A stretch of DNA of 64,000 nucleotides from Deltaproteobacteria bacterium (lineage in GTDB: Bacteria > Myxococcota > Myxococcia > Myxococcales > JAHFDP01). The notes under the pieces are model-generated. The model was given only the letters and a program-made list of their open reading frames with translations, was not told where the DNA came from and did not search any database. Position 1 is the stretch's first letter. Every line of letters begins with the position of its first letter. The translations under genes and the position numbers were made by a program. The stretch is taken from contig JAHFDP010000004.1 in the NCBI GenBank assembly GCA_023248955.1, positions 17,704 through 81,703 on the forward strand. Reading direction: 5' to 3'. This document shows positions 54,641 to 61,582 of the stretch, piece by piece.

Positions 54641-55138
54641 ATGACGTATGAGCGCTCGGTGTGGAATGTCCGAAAAGACGTGTCACCGAAGCACGAACGC
54701 TTGACGGAAATACTCGCCGACGGCGAGTCAAAAACGCTCGAGTTTAAGCGCACGACCGGCGAGCTACGTGAGGCGATGGTGAAGTGGCTACCGCCGCACG
54801 GCTTCACGGGCAAGGTTCACCACATCAAGGCTGAGGTCGGCGGCACCTACAAGATGTCCTTCACGAACCTCACGACGGGACACAGCCACTCGTTCGGCGG
54901 CGAGTTCCTCGAGTTCGTACCCAACGAGCGCATTCGCCACACCGACAAATTCGATGACCCGAACTTAGCCGGTCAGATGCAGACGACGATCTCCCTGAAG
55001 AAGGTGTCCATCGGCACGGAGCTGACCGTCGTGCAGGAGGGCATCCCCAGCGCGATCCCCGTTGAAGCCTGCTATCTGGGGTGGCAAGAGTCTTTGACGT
55101 TGCTGACTCAGCTCGTTGAGCCCGAGATCAAGGAATAG
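54641..55138 (+). CDS. chimeric ORF: AlbA_2-like fragment fused to N-terminally truncated SRPBCC/AHSA1 domain
   Basis: aa 20-45, ILADGESKTLEFKRTTGELREA, carry the E..LEFK hallmark of AlbA_2/Schlafen-type DNA-binding domains. The rest (GFTGKVHHIKAEVGGTYKMSF...HSFGGEFLEFVPNERI...GWQESLTLL) is AHSA1-like but lacks its first ~25 aa. Confidence 0.55.
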   Translation: MTYERSVWNVRKDVSPKHERLTEILADGESKTLEFKRTTGELREAMVKWLPPHGFTGKVHHIKAEVGGTYKMSFTNLTTGHSHSFGGEFLEFVPNERIRHTDKFDDPNLAGQMQTTISLKKVSIGTELTVVQEGIPSAIPVEACYLGWQESLTLLTQLVEPEIKE

Positions 55139-55197
55139 GCGGTCGTCGAAACGACGGCATCGCTCGCTTCGGGATTATGGCCAGTGGTTCGATTCGA

Positions 55198-55896
55198 TCA
55201 ATCGTCGGCCTCGACGCCAAGCTGGTTGGCCCGCGCCACGCGGTCCTTCATGGACTGGATCGCCTGCGGTGGGTGCCCCGGCCAGTCCGTAATCTCTCCC
55301 GTGACCCGCAGCGGTTCGCGCGAGCGAAATGACTTCGTGGGGTTCCCGCGGAACTTCTTGTCCGTGAGGTTGGGGTCGTCTTCGATCGGTCCGGTCGGCT
55401 CGACGATGTAGATTCGGCCGTGTCCTTCGCCAGCGGCAAGCTCCGCGCCCCACGCCGCGGCGTCGAGCGTGCGAGTGAAGTAGACGTGATTGGCTGTCCT
55501 GGCGATCGCGCCGAAGTTTGAAACGTGGCCCGGCTTGAGCAAGTCGCCAGGTCGAAGGTCGACGCGTGTACCGTGGTAATGGAGCCACTCGATGACTTCG
55601 CCTCTGACGCGAAGTCGCTCCTGCGAGCACCAGGACATGGAGGGATGTCTCGGCGCGTTGTAGCCCGGCTGTTCCGAGACGCGTGCGATCGCGCCGAGTG
55701 GTTCCACCATGTAGACCCTAGGTGGGGTACCGCCGGCTGCGAGCTCAGCGGACCAGATCGCTTCGTCGATATTCGGGGTGAGGAGCACGTAGGCGCTTGC
55801 CCCGGAGTGATCGCCGGCAGCCGGCGGGGTTGTGGTAGCAATCAAGTCGCCGGGCGACAGCGCGGTGCGGGTGCCATGGTAGTAGCTATTCGCCAT
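55198..55896 (-). CDS. arr: tandem-domain rifampin ADP-ribosyltransferase (Arr) family protein
   Basis: The C-terminal half, YHGTRVDLRPGDLL...HVYFTRTLDAAAWGAELAAGEGHGRIYIVEPTGPIEDDPNLTDKKFRGNPTKSFRSREPLRVTGEI, is near-canonical Arr. The N-terminal half is a diverged second copy (YYHGTRTALSPGDLI...RVYMVEPLGAI). Confidence 0.85.
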   Translation of the reverse strand: MANSYYHGTRTALSPGDLIATTTPPAAGDHSGASAYVLLTPNIDEAIWSAELAAGGTPPRVYMVEPLGAIARVSEQPGYNAPRHPSMSWCSQERLRVRGEVIEWLHYHGTRVDLRPGDLLKPGHVSNFGAIARTANHVYFTRTLDAAAWGAELAAGEGHGRIYIVEPTGPIEDDPNLTDKKFRGNPTKSFRSREPLRVTGEITDWPGHPPQAIQSMKDRVARANQLGVEADD

Positions 55897-55904
55897 GTTC
55901 CGGA

Positions 55905-56369
55905 TCAGTACTCCCCCTTGATCACGAAGAACGAGCCGCGGATCGTGCCCGCGAGCTTCGACTTCTGCTTCGCAAATTTGAAGCGCGACGCGAGTTCGGG
56001 CGGGACTTCCATTCCATCGGAGAGCTTGAAGCCGACGGCGCGCTTCTTCTTGTCATCGAGCGTGTAGAGCACGTTGATCGCGAGGCCGCTCTCATAGAAC
56101 ACGAAGGTCCAGCGGATGTTCTCGACGTGAAGTTCCGTCGCCTCGAGCGGGCGCGACTCGATTACGATGTCGCGCTCCTGTTTCAGGATCCTGTGCACGT
56201 AGTCGACGAGCTTCTTCGCCTTCCTCGCCGGCTCGACGACGAAGGCTTGGCCGTACTTGTTCTTGAAGTAGCGGGCCTCGTTGGCGCGTAGCCCCGCGAG
56301 CGCTGCCGCCACCGGCGACGACTCGAGCCCAACGGTCGACACGTTAGTGAAATCCACTTCGTAGGCCAT
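55905..56369 (-). CDS. hypothetical protein, apparently co-transcribed with arr
   Basis: 154-aa ORF ending 8 nt before the arr ATG. No motif recognised. Confidence 0.55.
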   Translation of the reverse strand: MAYEVDFTNVSTVGLESSPVAAALAGLRANEARYFKNKYGQAFVVEPARKAKKLVDYVHRILKQERDIVIESRPLEATELHVENIRWTFVFYESGLAINVLYTLDDKKKRAVGFKLSDGMEVPPELASRFKFAKQKSKLAGTIRGSFFVIKGEY

Positions 56370-56430
56370 GGACCGAATCTATATCGTGTCTTGGCTCCCG
56401 GAGAGGACTGGAACGACCACGTTTTCCGGC

Positions 56431-56739
56431 TCAGGCGGCGTGCCGACCGGGGCGCGTGATCGGGGCGACGCTCAGCTTCAACCGGAACGCCTTTAGGAGC
56501 CGGGTGAGCGTCGCCTGCGTCGGATTGTGATGTGGATTGATCGCTCGCTGAATGTTCGAACTCGCGATCCCCACCTTGGCCGCGAATTCGGTAACGCCCA
56601 TTGTGCGGATCACCTTGGCGAGCGCTTGCTGGAGGGGAATCCCTTCCTCGACGGCGCTCATCAAGAACGCTCGCGCAAACTCCGGATCCCGAAGGTCACG
56701 CGCCAGGCCCTCGTTCCAGTCCTTACTTCGCTTGGCCAT
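56431..56739 (-). CDS. addiction-module antidote protein (HigA-like HTH)
   Basis: 102 aa with the family-typical DPEFARAFLMSAVEEG...GVTEFAAKVGIASSNIQRAINPHHNPTQATLTRLLKAF. Overlaps the upstream toxin gene by 17 nt. Confidence 0.8.
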   Translation of the reverse strand: MAKRSKDWNEGLARDLRDPEFARAFLMSAVEEGIPLQQALAKVIRTMGVTEFAAKVGIASSNIQRAINPHHNPTQATLTRLLKAFRLKLSVAPITRPGRHAA

Positions 56740-57064
56740 GTTTCGTCTCCTCTAGAAAATGCGCCCAGTGCCGCTTTGCCTTGCGGATGTTCCGTGCTTG
56801 AGATCCCTTGTCGCCTCCGAGTAGGAGCAGGACGACCGCGGTGCCGACCAATCCAAAATAAACTCGGTAACCCGGCCCAAAATCGAGCCGCGCCTCGAGA
56901 ACACCGTCCCCAACCGATTTGTAATCCCCGAGATTGCCCAGCTCGAACCGAAAAATTCGAGCCTGGATTCGTGCGCGGACCTGAACATCAAGCGTGTCGA
57001 GCCACCTCCGATAGGGGCTTTCTCCTTCGGTAGTCAGGAACTCCCGAACACTGAACTTCGCCAT
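56723..57064 (-). CDS. addiction-module killer protein (RelE/HigB-like)
   Basis: 113 aa with the family-typical FLTTEGESPYRRWLDTLD...RIQARIFRFELGNLGDYKSVGDGVLEARLDFGPGYRVYF...VVLLLLGGDKGSQ..I..A. Confidence 0.8.
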   Translation of the reverse strand: MAKFSVREFLTTEGESPYRRWLDTLDVQVRARIQARIFRFELGNLGDYKSVGDGVLEARLDFGPGYRVYFGLVGTAVVLLLLGGDKGSQARNIRKAKRHWAHFLEETKHGQAK

Positions 57065-57110
57065 AAATTTGTATCGTATGTGTTACTAATGTCAAGACGC
57101 TGGCGTGTTC

Positions 57111-57473
57111 CTAACGATGAGTCCCTACGAATCGTTGAAGCTCCCTCGGTTCGATTCGCAAGGATCCAGAGACCCGGACGCGCCACAGCTTTGCAAAGCT
57201 GGAAAGACCTCGATGGTCACCCCTTGGCATCGGTCTTGTCGCTGAGCAGCGCCAGCTGTGTAGCCCGACATCGAGGTCCATCGTGCCAACGTGCGCCTCG
57301 GTGCCCTCGGGCAACGTGGCCTGATCTACGATCAGCGATGGCACGAGCCCACCGACGATGACGAGGTCGTCCATCATGTCGCCGAGATTCGTGGCTACGT
57401 ACAGACACGTCGCGCGGACGAGCTCGCTCTGCGCGCTCACATATTCGGACGCTCGTTTCGGTTTTTCAGACAT
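57111..57473 (-). pseudogene. truncated nucleotidyltransferase (AbiEii-like toxin) remnant
   Basis: LVIVGGLVPSLIV...HVGTMDLDVGL is an NTase G[GS]...D.D motif. The sequence loses sense afterwards. At 120 aa it is far shorter than the ~260-aa intact neighbour. Overlaps the upstream gene by 8 nt. Confidence 0.55.
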
Positions 57474-58569
57474 CGCGTCTCCAGTGGAGCATTTCGGCGC
57501 GCAGGTGGTCTGCTGCTTCCGTGGCGCGCTCCGGGTGTTCCTTCAGGTCTAAGTACGCCTGTATCGGGTGAACGCACCGGATGCCATCTCGAAGCTCCGC
57601 GCCGTGGAACACTCCGGTGTCATTGGGCACAACGAGCCAGAGGTTCGCGCCGCGGCTGCCTGCACGGAAGCCGAGTTTAACCTTTAGCTCATCAGAGGGC
57701 TCGCTCGTCACGAAGAACGTGGCGATGCGGAAGGCGGCGAAATGGGTCATCTGCCACGCCGCTGCGATCCCGGTGGCGGCGTGCTCCACCTTCTCGGCGA
57801 TGAACGCGTCGCTGACGTAGCGCGCAAGGGCGTCGCCGGAGCGCGCCGCGACGTGACCCGGGAGGAGTGTGTGCTTACCGAACTGGTATTCCTCCCGCCA
57901 AGCGTCGAGGAGCAGAGCGGCGTCGCGCACGCGAATCGGTCCCTTGCCTTGGCGAGTTTCACCAGAACCCTCGCCATCGCCAGCACCCGAGAGATCGACA
58001 CGAGAGATGTAGCTGTCAGCTTCGAGCCGCCCGACGATGCGGCTTACAAAGCCTTCTGTCATTTCAGTCGCTCGCGCGATCTCTCGCTGAGTGAAAGCAT
58101 GCTCGGGGTGCATGAGGAGCCAGCGAACGACGCGTGCACTTTTAGGCGCGAAGATGCTCGCGGGTCGTCCTGCCCGCCGAAACCGGTTGGGCCGACCATC
58201 GACGATGATGCGGATTCCAGGCGCGACGATATGCGCGTTTCCGCTGAGATCGAACCAGGGCACTCGCGCCGCTTCGCAAGCCCGCCTCCCTCCTTCACTC
58301 ATGAAGGGAACGACAACCAGAGGAATGGCGCGTCGTCGGAACTTCTTCGCAGCCTCGGCGACGCTCTGGGCGTGGGCGGCGACCGGACCGGCTGCGGCCG
58401 TCGCAAGAGCCTCCACGAAAAACGTCTGACCCGCGGCCGAAACAACCAGGTCGGCGCCTGCTTCCTTGCGGTGGTGCGACTTGACGGCCTTCTTGGGGAT
58501 TTCGAGAAGGGAGGCGAGCGCGGAAGTCCCCCGCGCGGCGACCTGCTTTTCCGATAGTCTCGCGCCCAT
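57466..58569 (-). CDS. AbiEi-like wHTH regulator/antitoxin with extra N-terminal PD-(D/E)xK-like domain
   Basis: 367 aa, paralogous to 59488..60519. N-terminal GADLVVSAAGQTFFVEAL...VPWFDLSGNAHI, then the wHTH FTQREIARATEMTEGFVSRIVGRLEADSYISR, then a C-terminal domain. Confidence 0.55.
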   Translation of the reverse strand: MGARLSEKQVAARGTSALASLLEIPKKAVKSHHRKEAGADLVVSAAGQTFFVEALATAAAGPVAAHAQSVAEAAKKFRRRAIPLVVVPFMSEGGRRACEAARVPWFDLSGNAHIVAPGIRIIVDGRPNRFRRAGRPASIFAPKSARVVRWLLMHPEHAFTQREIARATEMTEGFVSRIVGRLEADSYISRVDLSGAGDGEGSGETRQGKGPIRVRDAALLLDAWREEYQFGKHTLLPGHVAARSGDALARYVSDAFIAEKVEHAATGIAAAWQMTHFAAFRIATFFVTSEPSDELKVKLGFRAGSRGANLWLVVPNDTGVFHGAELRDGIRCVHPIQAYLDLKEHPERATEAADHLRAEMLHWRRDV

Positions 58570-58586
58570 ACTTAACTAAATATCAC

Positions 58587-58626
58587 TACTTCACTAAAAT
58601 ATGAAGCTGGTTAGTTTAGTGAAGTA
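58587..58626. promoter_or_regulatory. perfect 12-bp inverted repeat (operator-like) upstream of the AbiEi-like gene
   Basis: TACTTCACTAAA-(16 nt)-TTTAGTGAAGTA in an AT-rich patch 18-57 bp upstream of the 58569 start codon. Confidence 0.5.
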
Positions 58627-58702
58627 ATAAGGCCTCCTTTTACTGCCCAAAGGCCGTAAGATCAGTCGGCCGAAGGACGACGACTAGGACGACAGGAGGA
58701 GG

Positions 58703-59491
58703 CTATTTCCTTGGGGAGAACCCAGCCAGAAATGCGCTCAACAGAGCATCCAGCTCGACCTCGTCGTCCTTGTTTCGCCAGCGCACGGGGCCCAAGCGAA
58801 GAAGGCGAGCGCGCGTGGTGTACGCCGCAGAACCCCGAGCCAATCCAATGAATCGATCCACCACTGCGCGTTCGGTCGCATTGACCAGCGCACCGAGATC
58901 CGCCCCAAAGAGAAACGAGGGCCGTCGCTCCAGCTCGATTTCGCTCGGGATGTTCTCGCCGTAAACGCGCTCGTCAGAGTGGACTACATATTCCTCCAAC
59001 ACGTGCGCGAGATCGGCCAAGTCACGCTCACGTTCGTGCGGCCGGTCGAGGTAGGCCACCATTTTCAGCAACGCGAGCGAACAAAGACTCGGAACGGCGA
59101 TCCGCAAATCCTTTGCTATAGGCGTGTCGGCGGCGGTTTCGAACGCGAGGCGCATTCCAACAAGGCTCATGCGGTGGCCACTTTTCCAAAGCACCTCGCC
59201 CGCTTTGAGGAGGTCGTCTCCGGCGGGCAGAACGTCGATCTGAACGCCGCCTGGCCCGTGCCATTCGTGTTCTCTTGTCCGATGCCGTTTCCAGCCCACC
59301 AGCCGATCAAGACCAGCAGGAAAAGCGTTCATCGCCACGGAGAGCGTGAAGTCGATGTCGTTGGTCTTGCGCCACGTTCGGTCAAGATGAAAACCAAGCG
59401 CGGTCGCCCCGATGAGACAAAACCTGATGTCCTTCCAAAGCGCGCGGAGCTGCCGAATGGCGCTGACCTGATCGGGAGAGAAGACGCTCAC
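58703..59491 (-). CDS. nucleotidyltransferase (AbiEii-like toxin)
   Basis: 262 aa. FCLIGATALGFHL...KTNDIDFTLSV is an NTase motif. The ATGA start/stop overlap with the upstream wHTH gene indicates an operon. Confidence 0.7.
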   Translation of the reverse strand: MSVFSPDQVSAIRQLRALWKDIRFCLIGATALGFHLDRTWRKTNDIDFTLSVAMNAFPAGLDRLVGWKRHRTREHEWHGPGGVQIDVLPAGDDLLKAGEVLWKSGHRMSLVGMRLAFETAADTPIAKDLRIAVPSLCSLALLKMVAYLDRPHERERDLADLAHVLEEYVVHSDERVYGENIPSEIELERRPSFLFGADLGALVNATERAVVDRFIGLARGSAAYTTRARLLRLGPVRWRNKDDEVELDALLSAFLAGFSPRK

Positions 59492-60519
59492 GCGAACTCC
59501 GCCAAGTAACGCTCGCGCACGCGTTCCGCCGCTTCGCCGGCGCGTTCTCCGCCAGCCGCCAGCAATTCTGCGTAGACGAGCGCGGCAGGCGCCACTCCAG
59601 CCTTGGGCGCAGCGTCGAACGCAATTGGTCCGGGAGCAAGGAGCATCGTCAGGGAACCCTCTGGGGTTGGAGCCAGTCGTAGCTCGCGCACGAGCTCTGG
59701 TACCGGACGCTCGAGATGAACGACCGTCGTTTCACCTCGATAATGTTTGGTCAGCCGCTCGGCACCTGCGCCGCCCGAGAAGGCCCACTTGACGCGCTTG
59801 CGTCGCAGTGTGTCCTCAATGCGCCTTATCAGTGCCGCGGGATCCGGATCCGCCGGCTGATACCGCGCAATGAAGAGCGCCGGACGAAGCTGGTCGGCAT
59901 ATCCAGCAACCCAACGATCGAGCAGGTTGTTGCCCAGAAGGACGCGGCCACTACTTGTGGAATGAAGGAGCCCCAGCCGCTCGAGCGCCTTGACAGCCTC
60001 GGCGGCCGTGCTCTTTCCTACGCCTGCCGCGCTCGCGAGCTCCCGGACGGTTGCATCGCCGAGGCCCGGCTTCGCGAGGAGAGCGTGGAGGACGCGATAA
60101 CCGTTTGAGCTAAGTCCGGTGCGTGGTTCCCTGGGCTGTTTGCCTCGGCCGACGATGTGAATCAGAGAAGAGGGACCGAGCTCCAAGTGGCAATTGCCGG
60201 CCAGGTCGACGAAGTTGACGTGCAATTCCGCCAACCTTTCGGCAAGCCGAGGAGTGACGTAAGGGGCGAAGAGCATCCACTTGCCGGCTCCGTGCCGAGA
60301 GAGGAGCGAGAGCACGCGCTCCTCCATTGCGGCGTTGAGGACGCCATTCTTCACCTCGACAAGAAAATCGTGACGCCCACTTGGCGTCACGATTTTTAGT
60401 CGGGCCTCCCCGCTTGCTTTCGCTCGGCGGGCACCTGTTTCCTCGAGGCTCGCCGAGCGCACGCTTGGCACCCGCTGCAGAGTATTCAGGTACGAACGAA
60501 GGGCGTGGTCACGCTTCAT
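59488..60519 (-). CDS. AbiEi-like wHTH regulator/antitoxin with N-terminal PD-(D/E)xK-like domain
   Basis: 343 aa. N-terminal GEARLKIVTPSGRHDFLVEVKNG...VNFVDLAGNCHL (E.K motif), then the wHTH ATVRELASAAGVGKSTAAEAVKALERLGLLH, then a C-terminal domain. Confidence 0.6.
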   Translation of the reverse strand: MKRDHALRSYLNTLQRVPSVRSASLEETGARRAKASGEARLKIVTPSGRHDFLVEVKNGVLNAAMEERVLSLLSRHGAGKWMLFAPYVTPRLAERLAELHVNFVDLAGNCHLELGPSSLIHIVGRGKQPREPRTGLSSNGYRVLHALLAKPGLGDATVRELASAAGVGKSTAAEAVKALERLGLLHSTSSGRVLLGNNLLDRWVAGYADQLRPALFIARYQPADPDPAALIRRIEDTLRRKRVKWAFSGGAGAERLTKHYRGETTVVHLERPVPELVRELRLAPTPEGSLTMLLAPGPIAFDAAPKAGVAPAALVYAELLAAGGERAGEAAERVRERYLAEFA

Positions 60520-60575
60520 GTCCTAAATTATGTCATGTCCGAGTCACTAGGACAAATTGATTACGTGGACATCCT

Positions 60576-61151
60576 TCACGCTACTGCGGCGAGTTGCCCT
60601 TCCACGTTGCGACCAAGCACCAGATCGGCCGCTCGCTGCGCCTGTGCAGCCGCGGTGATGACGAGCCGCGTGTCACCCTCAAGCACCTTGATCCAGTTGG
60701 CGAGATACGCAGTGGAGTCCCGCAATGCAAAATGGCGCGGCTCGACCGCGGCGCCCGTGGACTCGAAAACATCTTCCCGCACGAGCAACGGGAGGATGTC
60801 GGCCGTGAACGCGGTGTCGCCAAGCTTCGCCGAGATGTTCGCCTCGAATTCGGCGCGGGAGACACGTCGTCCGTCGTGAGACAAGTACCGCGTAAAGCAA
60901 TCAACGACCTTCGCTGAATCCAACGAGGGGATCTGTTCAAGCGCCGCGGCGAGGTCGAAGAGATCTCGGCCCTTCTTGCACTGGTAGAGCGCCCGCAGCT
61001 TCGTTCCAAGAATTTCTTCCGGGTGGTAGGTCGCGATTTCGGCCTGTCCGGAAAACCATGGGTTGTCGACGACGAACCGTTTGCGGAAAACGGCATTGGT
61101 TGCCCAGGGCGCTTTCGAGCGCCACGCGGTGATGTGTGGCCGTTGGATCAT
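60576..61151 (-). pseudogene. DUF1814/AbiEii nucleotidyltransferase with internal deletion of the catalytic core
   Basis: Starts MIQRPHITAWRSKAPWATNA (canonical AbiEii N-terminus), then jumps straight to FVVDNPWFSGQAEIATYHPEEILGTKLRALYQCKKGRDLFDL (canonical C-terminal half). The GG..L...S.DID core is missing. Confidence 0.7.
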
Positions 61152-61582
61152 TGATCGGCCTCCACGTTCTCGTTGATCACGATCTGCCAGCGCTCGTTTT
61201 TGGCGGCGTCTTTCGATGATCGCCCCGGCCTGAGGAGGACCGCGCGCGGACGCTGAACGCCGAGCCACGTCGCCAGTGACGCAGCAACCTGCTTCGCTCC
61301 GACAACGCACGCGCCGGTGCATTCGGACAGGAGTGGCTGCTGGTCCCGTTTAGAGACCGACACGCGCAGTGCCCAATTCACGGAACGAGGCGGCGAAAAA
61401 GCGTCCTGCTCAACATTCCATGCGAGCTCCCTACTCCAAAGTGGCGCATGCCCGCGCTTCTGTCTGTGGCCATCGACAACGTGAAAACCTGAAATTCCGC
61501 CGACCGTCGCGCAACCGAAGGCATCAGGGGACGACAACGTTGACCGGCTCGCTTGGACTTCTGGAGTTTGAGCAGCCGCCAA
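61148..61582 (-). pseudogene. AbiEi-type antitoxin C-terminal fragment (5'-truncated by the RCC1 gene)
   Basis: The frame ends ...ERWQIVINENVEADQ with an ATGA-type overlap onto the AbiEii remnant. Its upstream part runs into the stop region of 61524..64000 and no wHTH part is present. Confidence 0.4.

Noticed and set aside
57742-58557. 271-aa plus-strand ORF
   Set aside because: It is antisense to the AbiEi-like gene 57466..58569, which has a paralogue and operon partner supporting the minus strand.
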